64,000 bases of DNA, taken from NCBI GenBank assembly GCA_036475815.1, contig JAZGAL010000070.1, forward strand, positions 11,470 to 75,469, in the 5' to 3' direction. Source of the stretch: Gemmatimonadota bacterium (GTDB lineage Bacteria; Gemmatimonadota; Gemmatimonadetes; Palauibacterales; KS3-K002). Below are positions 25,815-34,996 of the stretch, piece after piece. How positions within the stretch are numbered: position 1 is the stretch's first letter; every line of letters starts with the position of its first letter. The position numbers and the translations under genes were made by a program. The notes under the pieces were generated by a model. It was not told the DNA's origin, did not search any database, and saw nothing but the letters and a program-made list of their open reading frames with translations.

Positions 25815-27860
25815 GTGATCGGTCGGACAGGACTACGGGTGGCTTCGCTCGTGCTCGCTGCTCTGGCGAGCGCCGGGTGCGGTGCCAGGGCGCCCGAGGC
25901 GGCGGGCCCGCCACCGATACCGTCTCGCTCCGGGTCGCTGATGATCGACGTCGTTTACCCGCCCGACAGCAGCCTCATCACGGCGCGCGACTCCAACTTC
26001 ATCTTCGGGTCCGTCGGAAACGGCAGCGCGCGGCTCACGATCAACGGCCAGGACGTACGCGTGGAGCCGAACGGCGCTTTCCTCGCCTGGCTCCCTGTTC
26101 CGGGCGCCGCGAATGACACGCTGGCCGACTACCGGCTCGTCGCCAGGTTGGGCGACCGGGAGGTTCGAGCCGTTCACACGGTCAGGCTGCGGCCGCCGTC
26201 GATTCCGCTGCGTGCCGACTCCGCCGTGGTCGATGCGATGGGCGTCAGCCCGCGCGGCGCCTGGTGGGTGAGAGCCGGTGAGGTCGTTCCCTTGCGGGTG
26301 CGGGCGTCCCCAGGCGCGCAAGTGCGGCTCCTTCTCCCGGACGGCGATACGGTCGCCCTGGTGGAGGCAGCGCTGGGCGCTCGACCGCTTTCGGGCATCT
26401 ACGCGGGCGAGTTGATGGCCCGATCGCCGTTGGGGCGCGGCCGGCTGAACCCGGAGTTTTCTCCCGTGCCCGCGGGCATGTCGGCGGTGGAACTCTATTG
26501 TGCGCCACAGCCGCGTATAGACATCCTCGCGGTCGTTGTTGACACGATCGGCGAAGCGACGGATACGACTGCGTCACCGCGGCCCCAGGAAGCGGCGATT
26601 GCCGGCGCTGGTGAAGCGGCGGCGGGCGCGGAAGAGGGGGCCGGCGTAGAGTCCCTGTTTCCCGAGGACTGTGCGGTTATCGAGGTTGCCCTTGCGAATG
26701 ACACGATGCGAGCCCCGCTGCCGCTCGACCTCTGGATCGTGGAGGAGCCGGGACCGGTCGTCGAGCTGCGGGAGCAACCCTCGGGCGCGGGCCGCGATGG
26801 CTTCGTCGTCGGGCGCGCGGCGCCGGGCGCCACCACCCTCTGGATGTGGACGGACGGGGTGCAGGGCCGTGTCACGGGCCGCCGTAACGACTCGGTCCGC
26901 CTGGCCCTGGACGGGAATACTGAGGCGTGGGTCGCGCTGGACGAAGTGGTCTGGCTGCGCGGCGTAACTCTGCCGGCGCGCGCCAGCGTGGGGACGGTGA
27001 GATTCGACGGCCAGCCCGACCGCCTGCGGGTGCGGATCGCCGTCGGCTATCCGGTGCCGTATCTGGTGGAGGTCGATGACCGGCGGCTCACACTGGTGCT
27101 GTACGGTGCCTACTCCAACACGAACTGGCTTCGCTACGGCGCCTACGATCCGTTCCTGCGGGCCGCCGGTTGGGAGCAGGTCGCGTCGGATCGTTACCTG
27201 CTGCACGTTGATCTTGCCAGCCAGCCCTGGGGCTATCGAGTGCGATACGAGGGCCGGACGCTAGTCCTGGATATTCGGAAGCCCCCGTCCATCGATGAGA
27301 AGCGGCCGTTCGCGGGCCGCAGGATCGCGGTGGATCCCGGGCACCCGCCCGCGGGCGCCACCGGCCCCACTCGTCTGTACGAGGGTGATGCGAATCTTGC
27401 GGTGGCCTTCCGGCTGAAGCGCTTGTTGGAAGAAGAGGGCGCGACGGTCTTCATGATTCGCGTGGACCGGAGCCCGGTCCGTCTGTACGACCGGACCCGG
27501 CGCGCGGAAATGCTGAACGCGGAAGTCCTCGTCTCCATCCACAACAACGCGCTGCCGGATGGTGTGAACCCGTTCGAGAACAACGGCACCAGCGTCTACT
27601 ACTTCCAGCCGCAGTCGCTCGATCTGGCACGCGCGCTGCAACGCGGGCTGCTGGAAGCGATGGGACTGACGGACCTGGGGATCGGCCGGGCCAGCCTCGC
27701 TTTGGCCCGACCCGCCTGGATGCCGGCCGCGCTCACCGAGGGCGCGTTCATGATGATCCCCGACCAGGAAGCCGGTCTTCGCGACCCCGCTTTCCAGGAA
27801 GCCTACGCCCGGGGCGTGCTCGAGGGACTTCGAAAGTTCCTGCGGGAAAGGGCGGAATGA
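25815..27860 (+). CDS. Secreted N-acetylmuramoyl-L-alanine amidase (Amidase_3) with a ~490-aa N-terminal region of unknown function
   Basis: Signal peptide LVLAALASAGCG. The C-terminal IAVDPGHPPAGATGP...VSIHNNA...ALTEGAFM motifs indicate the AmiA/B/C type. Confidence 0.8.
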   Translation: MIGRTGLRVASLVLAALASAGCGARAPEAAGPPPIPSRSGSLMIDVVYPPDSSLITARDSNFIFGSVGNGSARLTINGQDVRVEPNGAFLAWLPVPGAANDTLADYRLVARLGDREVRAVHTVRLRPPSIPLRADSAVVDAMGVSPRGAWWVRAGEVVPLRVRASPGAQVRLLLPDGDTVALVEAALGARPLSGIYAGELMARSPLGRGRLNPEFSPVPAGMSAVELYCAPQPRIDILAVVVDTIGEATDTTASPRPQEAAIAGAGEAAAGAEEGAGVESLFPEDCAVIEVALANDTMRAPLPLDLWIVEEPGPVVELREQPSGAGRDGFVVGRAAPGATTLWMWTDGVQGRVTGRRNDSVRLALDGNTEAWVALDEVVWLRGVTLPARASVGTVRFDGQPDRLRVRIAVGYPVPYLVEVDDRRLTLVLYGAYSNTNWLRYGAYDPFLRAAGWEQVASDRYLLHVDLASQPWGYRVRYEGRTLVLDIRKPPSIDEKRPFAGRRIAVDPGHPPAGATGPTRLYEGDANLAVAFRLKRLLEEEGATVFMIRVDRSPVRLYDRTRRAEMLNAEVLVSIHNNALPDGVNPFENNGTSVYYFQPQSLDLARALQRGLLEAMGLTDLGIGRASLALARPAWMPAALTEGAFMMIPDQEAGLRDPAFQEAYARGVLEGLRKFLRERAE

Positions 27861-30787
27861 CTCGGCCGCCGGCGTCTCTCGCAGGGCGCGGGCTGGCGGC
27901 GATCGCGTTGCTCCTTCTTCTCTCCGCGACGGCCGCCGCTCAGGTGCCGCCGGACGAGCGGTATCTGATGTTCAAGACGGATCACTTCCGCGTGATCTTC
28001 CCGGATGGGATGGAATCCTTCGCGCGGCGGGCCGCAGCGAGCGCGGAGTGGGCGTACGGTGCTCTGTCCGAGCTTTTCATAGAGCCGCCCCCCGGCAGGA
28101 TCGCGCTGGTGATCACCAACAACACCGACCGGCCCAACGCGTCCGCCACGCCGATCCCGTCGAACCGCGTGGTTCTCATCGCGGCTCCCGACATCGCGAG
28201 CCGGACACTCAACTATTACACGGACTGGGTGGACCAGACGCTGGCCCACGAGCTCACCCACATCTTTCACCTTGATCGGGCTACTGGAATTTGGGGACTG
28301 GCGCAGAGCGTATTCGGGCGCTCGCCCGTCTTCTTCCCGGCCTTCTACCAGCCACGCTGGGTCATCGAGGGCCTGGCGACGTACTACGAGTCGCGGCTCA
28401 CGGGCGCCGGCCGCGCCTATGGCAGCAACTTCGACATGCTGCTGAACAACGATGCCGACGCCGGCGATTTCCGCACGGTCGATGCGGCCAACGGTCTGTC
28501 GCCCATCTGGCCGGCGGGCAATACTCCCTACGCCTACGGCGGGTTCTACTTCCGCGATATGGCGGAAGCGCACGGCGACAGCGCCATCGCCGCTTTCACC
28601 GAGAGAGGGGCCGCCCGGTTGCCGTACACGCTCAACTGGGCCTCGAACCCGTATTTCGGCCGGACCCTGACCGGCAGCTGGGAGGACTGGAGCGCCGGGT
28701 TCGAGGCGGCGGCCCGGGCCCGGGCCGACTCGCTACGCGCGGCCGGCCTGACGGTGGGTGAGCCGATATCGGGGCTCGCTTGGGCGGTTTCCTCGCCGCG
28801 ATTCTCTCCGGACGGCGCGCGGGTGGCGTTCACCTTCATCACCCCTCGAGACGACCCCGCCACATTGGTCCTGGACGCGGGCACGCTTGGGGTCGTTTTG
28901 CGTGAGCGCCGCAACAGCTCGGGTGGCAACACCTGGATGGCGGACGGGTCCGGGCTCTACCTAAGCCAGGCGGAGTTCAGAGACCGCTACGATCTCTACG
29001 GTGACCTCTACGCCCTGGACGTGGCTCGCGCTCGAGAGCGCCGGCTGACGGTGGGGGCGCGAATATCTTCCCCCGATCTGTCGCCCGACGGACGCACGCT
29101 GGTGGCTATCGAGACGGGCTCCGGGAGCAACCGAATGGTCGTGATCGACCTGCAGAGCATGGAGATGCGCCCGCTCGGCCCGTTCACGGAAGGGGTGAAC
29201 TGGGAGCACCCTCGCTGGTCGCCGGACGGCGAGCGAATCGCCGCGGAGCGTTGGTTGCAGGGCGAGATCGCCGACATCGTTGTCACCGATCGCGCGGGGG
29301 AGGTGATCTGGCAGGTCACGCGAGATGACGCGTCCGACATCACGCCCGTGTGGTCTCCGGATGGTCGATACCTTCTCTGGGCTTCAGATCGGGACGGGGC
29401 CTACGATATTTATGCCGTGCGGGTGAGTCCGGGGACGATGCGCTTGAAACCCACGCAGCAGCGGTTGTGGAGGCTGACCCGCACACTCAGTGGTGCCAGC
29501 GGTCCGGACGTTTCCAGCGACGGACGCTGGCTGGCCTACGCCGGTCTATATCCCGAGGGCCTACGGGTCGAGCGCATCCCGTACGACACGGCAACCTGGG
29601 AGCCTGCGGGACCCGGCTGGCGCGCGCTTCGCCAGCCGCCGCTGCCGCCGCTGGCCGGGCGGAGTGAGATAGACTCAGCGGTCGGGCCCTACTCCCCGTT
29701 CCCCTCGCTCTGGCCGAAGTCCTGGCTGCCGTTGATCTACGGCGGCAATTCTGAGATTGGGATCTTCATCGGCGCCACCACCTTCGGCGCCGACGACATC
29801 AGGCGGCACAGCTATGCGATCCTGGCCGGCTGGCGGACCGGCGCTAAGGCTATCGAGGCGGCGGCCGTCTACAGGTATGCCGGGTTTGGAAATACAGTCA
29901 TGGAGTTGGGGGCTGCGCAGGACTGGTCCACGGGTGTGGTCCTCACCACGGAAGGGCAGCCAGTGGATGTCGTCGAGCGTGAGCGTGAGGTTGTTCTCGC
30001 GGCCGACTTCCTTCGCCGTCGCATGCGAAGCGTGTTCAGGGTAGCGCCGCTGATCGGCCTGCAGACGACACGCTTCACTGCCGTCGATCCGCAGATTGTA
30101 TTCTCCGATCCGGATTTCACCGACCTTCTGGTGGGACTGTTCACCGGATACTCCACCGCGCGTGCTTACCCGCGATCGGTGAGCCTGGAGAAGGGGTTCA
30201 GCGCCCTTCTCGGCCTCTCACACCGGCGGCTCACCGACGATTGGGATAGATGGCGGGTGAGCGCCGAGGCGGTGTTGCGGGGCTACCTGTCTTTCTCTGT
30301 CTTCGGCTATGCGAATCACGTGATCGCCGCGCGCCTGTCGGTAGGCGCCAGCGATGGCCATGACCGGAGTCCGGAGATCTTCGAGTTGGGCGGCATCCCG
30401 GGGCGGGCGTTCTTCATCGTCCCCGGCCTCGCAATCGGAGGCGGAAGCCAGTTTCCAATCCGCGGCTACCCCGAAGGCGTGGAGTTCGGCGACCGGATCG
30501 TCAGCGCGAGCCTGGAGTATCGCTTCCCTCTGCAGCTAGTGGGGCGCGGCTACGGGCTCTGGCCGATCCTTCTGGACAAGCTCTCGGTGGGCCTCTTCGT
30601 AGATGCCGGCTCGGCATGGTTGAACACCGATGACGTAGACGTTCTGGCTTCCGTTGGCAGCGAGCTGTCCGTGGACCTCGGCCTCGGATACGAGTTCGTC
30701 TACCAGTTCAGGGTCGGCCTCGCAATACCGATCGACGACCGGACGCAAAGCCCGTCCGTATACCTGGCCGCGGGGGTCGCCTTCTGA
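27857..30787 (+). CDS. Large envelope protein: signal peptide + HExxH metallopeptidase-like domain + TolB-type WD40-like propeller repeats + C-terminal outer-membrane beta-barrel
   Basis: AHELTHIFH (28246-28260 encodes HELTH). Five SPDG/SSDG blades (FSPDGARVAF, LSPDGRTLVA, WSPDGERIAA, WSPDGRYLLWASDRDG, VSSDGRWLAYA). The alternating-hydrophobic C-terminus ends in ...YLAAGVAF. ATGA overlap with the amidase gene. Confidence 0.7.
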   Translation: MTRPPASLAGRGLAAIALLLLLSATAAAQVPPDERYLMFKTDHFRVIFPDGMESFARRAAASAEWAYGALSELFIEPPPGRIALVITNNTDRPNASATPIPSNRVVLIAAPDIASRTLNYYTDWVDQTLAHELTHIFHLDRATGIWGLAQSVFGRSPVFFPAFYQPRWVIEGLATYYESRLTGAGRAYGSNFDMLLNNDADAGDFRTVDAANGLSPIWPAGNTPYAYGGFYFRDMAEAHGDSAIAAFTERGAARLPYTLNWASNPYFGRTLTGSWEDWSAGFEAAARARADSLRAAGLTVGEPISGLAWAVSSPRFSPDGARVAFTFITPRDDPATLVLDAGTLGVVLRERRNSSGGNTWMADGSGLYLSQAEFRDRYDLYGDLYALDVARARERRLTVGARISSPDLSPDGRTLVAIETGSGSNRMVVIDLQSMEMRPLGPFTEGVNWEHPRWSPDGERIAAERWLQGEIADIVVTDRAGEVIWQVTRDDASDITPVWSPDGRYLLWASDRDGAYDIYAVRVSPGTMRLKPTQQRLWRLTRTLSGASGPDVSSDGRWLAYAGLYPEGLRVERIPYDTATWEPAGPGWRALRQPPLPPLAGRSEIDSAVGPYSPFPSLWPKSWLPLIYGGNSEIGIFIGATTFGADDIRRHSYAILAGWRTGAKAIEAAAVYRYAGFGNTVMELGAAQDWSTGVVLTTEGQPVDVVEREREVVLAADFLRRRMRSVFRVAPLIGLQTTRFTAVDPQIVFSDPDFTDLLVGLFTGYSTARAYPRSVSLEKGFSALLGLSHRRLTDDWDRWRVSAEAVLRGYLSFSVFGYANHVIAARLSVGASDGHDRSPEIFELGGIPGRAFFIVPGLAIGGGSQFPIRGYPEGVEFGDRIVSASLEYRFPLQLVGRGYGLWPILLDKLSVGLFVDAGSAWLNTDDVDVLASVGSELSVDLGLGYEFVYQFRVGLAIPIDDRTQSPSVYLAAGVAF

Positions 30788-30818
30788 ACCTGTTCGGCCA
30801 TAGGGAACCGGAGAACCG

Positions 30819-31334
30819 ATGAACCATAGCCCTGACATTCATCCCGAAGCCTTCATCGCGCCGAACGCCACCGTGATCGGCCGGGTCAGCGTGGAGCGAG
30901 AGGCGAGCATCTGGTTCGGCTGCGTGCTGAGAGGGGACATCGAGCCCATCCTGATCGGCGAGCAGTCGAACATCCAGGATCATACCGTCATTCATATCGA
31001 CCCCGGGCTGCCCACCCGCATCGGGGCGCGGGTTGGCGTTGGGCACCGGTGTCTCCTCCACGGCTGTGTGATCGAGGACGAATGCCTGGTTGGGATGGGA
31101 GCCATCGTGCTCTCGGGCGCGGTGGTCGAGACAGGCTCGGTGATCGCAGCCGGTGCGCTGATCACCGAGGGCACGAGAATACCCGCCGGCTCTCTGGCCA
31201 TGGGCGTCCCGGCGAAGGTGGTGGGAGGGGTGGATGAGGAGCTGCGCGGGCGTATAGAGACCACGTGGCGCGACTATCTCGAGCTGGCCCGCCGGCACCG
31301 GGCGGGCCTCTACGGGGCGGCGGAAGTGCCGTGA
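30819..31334 (+). CDS. Gamma-class carbonic anhydrase-like / hexapeptide-repeat protein (YrdA/PaaY family)
   Basis: HPEAFIAPNATVIGRVSVEREASIWFGCVLRGD...QDHTVIH left-handed beta-helix signature. Confidence 0.85.
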   Translation: MNHSPDIHPEAFIAPNATVIGRVSVEREASIWFGCVLRGDIEPILIGEQSNIQDHTVIHIDPGLPTRIGARVGVGHRCLLHGCVIEDECLVGMGAIVLSGAVVETGSVIAAGALITEGTRIPAGSLAMGVPAKVVGGVDEELRGRIETTWRDYLELARRHRAGLYGAAEVP

Positions 31335-31411
31335 AACGGCCGTAGCGGCCCACAGCAGGATAGTTGGGCGCGCAGGGCGAGCCGGAAGTTGGTAGCAGCC
31401 GAAAGGATGTC

Positions 31412-31441
31412 TTGACAAGAGGGGAGGTCGCACCGTATTTT
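31412..31441 (+). promoter_or_regulatory. Candidate sigma70-type promoter of nrdJ
   Basis: TTGACA (31412-31417), 18-nt spacer, TATTTT (31436-31441), in a locally AT-richer patch. Confidence 0.5.
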
Positions 31442-31477
31442 GTGTCGCGCGGTTGAACAGGATACTACATGTTGTGT
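31430..31477 (+). promoter_or_regulatory. Two NrdR-box-like 16-mers spaced 32 bp start-to-start
   Basis: GCACCGTATTTTGTGT (31430-31445, overlaps the -10) and ATACTACATGTTGTGT (31462-31477). Each matches 12/16 positions of the recalled NrdR consensus acaCwAtATaTwGtgt. The spacing equals three helical turns, as for known tandem NrdR boxes. Confidence 0.45.
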
Positions 31478-31488
31478 GTTGGTGGGTA

Positions 31489-31569
31489 GGTCTTGGCCGT
31501 GCCTGAAGGGTAGTGGCCTCCTCCCCCGCCAATCGTCAGGGGGCCACAGCGGGAGCCTGATTCAAGACC
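31489..31569 (+). ncRNA. Compact cobalamin-riboswitch-like element in the nrdJ leader (tentative)
   Basis: Closing helix GGTCTTG (31489-95) / CAAGACC (31563-69). GAAGGGTA (31505-12). Hairpin CCCCC-GCCAATCGTCA-GGGGG (31523-43), resembling the CCCGCCACUGU core. GCCACAGCGGGAGCC (31543-57), resembling GCCACUG..GGGAAGGC. TCAAGACCAG sits in the B12-box position. Blocks are in canonical order; not validated by a covariance model. Confidence 0.35.
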
Positions 31570-31693
31570 AGAAAGCTGAGAGAAGTGGTCGCGCCGGGCC
31601 GGCGCGAATGGCCTTTTGCCCCTTACGAACGCGCTGACATTGCTTACTGACAGACCAATCCAAGTGCAATCCCGAGTCGCTACGCCGAAGGTC

Positions 31694-34282
31694 ATGAAGA
31701 GCGGGGCCGAGGCGGAGATACCGACGTCGCCGCCGGCCGAGCTGCCGGATCCGGATCTCAGCGAGAACGCCACCACGGTTCTGGAGCGTCGCTATCTGGT
31801 GAAGGATGAAGAGCTCCGTCCGGTGGAGATGCCGCGCGAGTTGTTCTGGCGGGTCGCGCGCGCGGTTGCGGCAGTGGACTTGAACTACGGGGCGAGCGGG
31901 GCGGAGGCGCGGAGGTCGGCGGAGCGGTTTTACCGTCTATTGGCCAATGGGCAGTTCATGCCGAATTCGCCGACGTTGATGAACGCGGGACGCCCGCTGG
32001 GTCAGCTTTCGGCCTGTTTCGTGTTGCCGGTGGAGGATTCCCTGCGGGGGATCTACTCGACGTTGCGGAACATGGCGCTGATACATCAGTCCGGAGGCGG
32101 CACGGGGTTCGGATTTTCGCGGCTCCGGCCCAGCGGTGATGTGGTGAGGTCGACGATGGGTGTCGCCTCCGGTCCTGTATCCTTCATGGAGGTCTACGAT
32201 GCGTCGACGGAGGCCGTGAAGCAGGGCGGCACGCGTCGCGGGGCGAACATGGGAATCCTCCGGGTGGACCACCCGGACATCCTCGAATTCATCAACTGCA
32301 AGCGGGAGAACCACCGGGTCACGAACTTCAACATCTCGGTGGCCGTCACAGACGCGTTCATGAAGGCGGTGGAGGCGGATGAGGAATACGAGCTGGTCAG
32401 CCCGCGCAAAGGCGAGGTGGCGAAGCGTCTGCGCGCTCGGGATGTGTTCGACCAGATCGTGCAGGGCGCGTGGCAGAACGGCGAGCCGGGAGTGTTCTTC
32501 GTCGATCGGGCGAACCACTACAACCCGGTTCCTCATCTCGGTTCCTACGAGGCGACGAACCCGTGCGGCGAACAGCCTCTGTTGCCGTACGACGTGTGCA
32601 ATCTGGGCTCGATCAATCTGGGGGCGTTCGTCACGGAAGGGACGATCGACTGGGACCGGCTTCGCGAGACGGTTCATGTGTCCACGCACTTCCTGGACAA
32701 CGTGATCGACGCGAACCGCTACCCGTTGCCGGAGATCACGGAGCTGGCGCAGCGGATCCGGCGGATCGGACTCGGCGTGATGGGTTGGGCCGATATGCTG
32801 GTGCGGCTGGACATCGCTTACGGATCCGAGGAGTCTCTCGAGCTGGCCGAGCGGGTGATGCGGTTCGTGGACGAGGAAGCGAAGGTGAAGTCGGAGCAGC
32901 TGGCCGCGGCGCGTGGCGTCTATCCGGAGTGGGAGCTCTCGATCTGGGGACCGGACGAGACGTGCGCGCGGGATGCGGAAGGGAACCGCATCCGGCCGCA
33001 GAGCCGGCTGCGCAACTGCAACCTGACCACGGTGGCTCCTACGGGGACGATCTCGATCATCACCGGCTGTTCCGGCGGCATCGAGCCTCTGTTCGCCGTG
33101 GCGTTCATGCGGAATCAGGCGGGCACGCTGATGCCCGATGTGAATGAAGACTTTGTGGCCCTCGCACGTCGGCAGGGGTGGTACTCGGATCAGTTAATGG
33201 AGCGGATCGCGTGCGAGGGCCACATTCATTTCGACAAGGTGCCGGAGGACGTGCAGCGGGTGTACGTGACCGCTCACGATGTGACTCCAGAGCGGCACGT
33301 CAGGATGCAGGCGGCGTTTCAGTCGAGCGTGGATAGCGCCATCTCGAAGACGTGTAACTTCCCACACGAAGCGAGCCCCGACTCGGTGCGCGCGATCTAT
33401 GAGCTTGCCTTCAAGCTCGGCTGCAAGGGCGTGACGGTGTATCGCGACGGCTCGCGTGAGAACCAGGTGCTGTCGACGGGGAAGACCGCGGAAGCGGTGG
33501 TGAAGTCGCACGAGGATAGCGGCGCGATGAGTTCGGTCTCGGAGGTAGGGTGGAAGGGCGAAGACGTGGCAGGGGATGCTGGAGTCGCCTCCGAGGCCGA
33601 ACTCGCCAGAGAGCTCGTGGAGCTCCGCGCCGAGCTTAACAAGATAACCGCTGAGAACGAACGTCTCAAGCGCGAACTGTCGGCCAAGCAGGGTGAGCTG
33701 ATGGGCAAGCCGTTCGTCCGCGAGCGGCCCGACACCCTGCGCGGCATCACGCGGAAGATGCTGTCGCCACTGGGCACTCTTTACGTCACGATCAACGAGG
33801 ACGAGAAGGGGCGGCCGTTCGAGGTCTTCACTACCCTGGGCAAGGCCGGAGGGGCGGCCATGGCCGATGCCGAGGCGATCAGCCGGCTCATCTCGCTCGC
33901 GCTGCGCAGCGGCATCCCGCTGCGCACGATTTGCCGGCAGCTGCGTGGGATCTCCTGTGATCGCGCCGTTGGATTTGGCAGCAAGAAGATCCTCTCGATG
34001 CCGGACGCGGTAGCTCTGGCGATCGAGGAGCACCTTGCGGAAAAAGAGGGTCAGCAGCAGGTGCTACCGCTTCAGGACCCTGAGACGGGTGCCAAGGGAA
34101 ACGGCGGCAGCCGGACCGCGGAGCCGCCGGAGATCACCGGCATATTCCTGGATGACCCGGCCAAGCACTTCGGCCGGGACATCAAGGCCTTCATCGAGAC
34201 CTGCCCCGACTGCGGTACATCGCTGCAATTCGCCGAAGGCTGCTTGAAGTGCCTGGCCTGCGGCTATTCAGAATGCGGTTGA
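31694..34282 (+). CDS. nrdJ: Adenosylcobalamin-dependent (class II) ribonucleotide reductase
   Basis: [59 protein letters not shown] and the C-terminal CPDCG...[12 protein letters not shown] zinc ribbon. I prefer ATG 31694 (GAAGG SD 5 nt upstream) over the track start at 31616. Confidence 0.95.
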   Translation: MKSGAEAEIPTSPPAELPDPDLSENATTVLERRYLVKDEELRPVEMPRELFWRVARAVAAVDLNYGASGAEARRSAERFYRLLANGQFMPNSPTLMNAGRPLGQLSACFVLPVEDSLRGIYSTLRNMALIHQSGGGTGFGFSRLRPSGDVVRSTMGVASGPVSFMEVYDASTEAVKQGGTRRGANMGILRVDHPDILEFINCKRENHRVTNFNISVAVTDAFMKAVEADEEYELVSPRKGEVAKRLRARDVFDQIVQGAWQNGEPGVFFVDRANHYNPVPHLGSYEATNPCGEQPLLPYDVCNLGSINLGAFVTEGTIDWDRLRETVHVSTHFLDNVIDANRYPLPEITELAQRIRRIGLGVMGWADMLVRLDIAYGSEESLELAERVMRFVDEEAKVKSEQLAAARGVYPEWELSIWGPDETCARDAEGNRIRPQSRLRNCNLTTVAPTGTISIITGCSGGIEPLFAVAFMRNQAGTLMPDVNEDFVALARRQGWYSDQLMERIACEGHIHFDKVPEDVQRVYVTAHDVTPERHVRMQAAFQSSVDSAISKTCNFPHEASPDSVRAIYELAFKLGCKGVTVYRDGSRENQVLSTGKTAEAVVKSHEDSGAMSSVSEVGWKGEDVAGDAGVASEAELARELVELRAELNKITAENERLKRELSAKQGELMGKPFVRERPDTLRGITRKMLSPLGTLYVTINEDEKGRPFEVFTTLGKAGGAAMADAEAISRLISLALRSGIPLRTICRQLRGISCDRAVGFGSKKILSMPDAVALAIEEHLAEKEGQQQVLPLQDPETGAKGNGGSRTAEPPEITGIFLDDPAKHFGRDIKAFIETCPDCGTSLQFAEGCLKCLACGYSECG

Positions 34283-34311
34283 TTCCCCCGGGCCGTTAGT
34301 CCGGCTCACCA

Positions 34312-34343
34312 GAAGGGCGCCTTTCCGGCGCCCTTCGCTTTTC
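34312..34343 (+). terminator. Rho-independent terminator after nrdJ
   Basis: Perfect 10-bp stem GAAGGGCGCC / GGCGCCCTTC, loop TTTCC, followed by GCTTTTC. Confidence 0.8.
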
Positions 34344-34450
34344 TGGCGCCCGAAACCTTTCGCCGTTTTTCTTGTTTTTACAGTGGGAGCCCCCGCGCCT
34401 GCGGTGGCAGCAGGTGGAGACAGCGTTCGTTCTGACAAGGTGACAGCCTG

Positions 34451-34996
34451 ATGGGACAGACGTTCGAGGAACTGATCGGCCGGCATCTGGACGATCTTTA
34501 TTCAGCAGCGCTCTGCTTCACGCTGGACGAGCACCGCGCCGAGGAGCTGCTCCAGGAGGCGTCGATTCGCGCCTTCCATGAGAGCGCGCGGCGTCCGCCG
34601 GATTCGGATTTCCGTCTGGCTATGCTGAATATCCTGGTTTCCACCTATCTGCAGCGGCAGCGCCGCATGGGCTGCGACCCGCTGGCGGAGGGCACCGAGC
34701 CGCTGGATGAGATGTTGAGCACGAACCCGATAAGAATCGAGTCGTTCCCGGAGCCGGGCACAGCGGGCTACAGGCTCCTGCGCGATTGGATGGACCGGGT
34801 CTGGTCCGAGCTGGACGCCGGTGACCGGCTCGTCCTCTGGCTCGCCGACGTGGAGCGGATCAGGCACGCGGTTGTGGCAGGCATGGTCGGGCTCGATGTG
34901 GAAGCCGTACGCAGTCGACACTACCGGGCTCGTCTGACTTTGAGCCACGGGGTGGGCCGGGAGCTTGATAAGGCACTGGGAGGCGCTGACGCCTGA
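34451..34996 (+). CDS. ECF-type RNA polymerase sigma factor (sigma-70 family, regions 2 and 4)
   Basis: 181 aa. DLYSAALCFTLDEHRAEELLQEASIRAF (region 2) and a C-terminal HTH ERIRHAVVAGMVGLDVEAVRSRHYRAR (region 4). Confidence 0.8.
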   Translation: MGQTFEELIGRHLDDLYSAALCFTLDEHRAEELLQEASIRAFHESARRPPDSDFRLAMLNILVSTYLQRQRRMGCDPLAEGTEPLDEMLSTNPIRIESFPEPGTAGYRLLRDWMDRVWSELDAGDRLVLWLADVERIRHAVVAGMVGLDVEAVRSRHYRARLTLSHGVGRELDKALGGADA

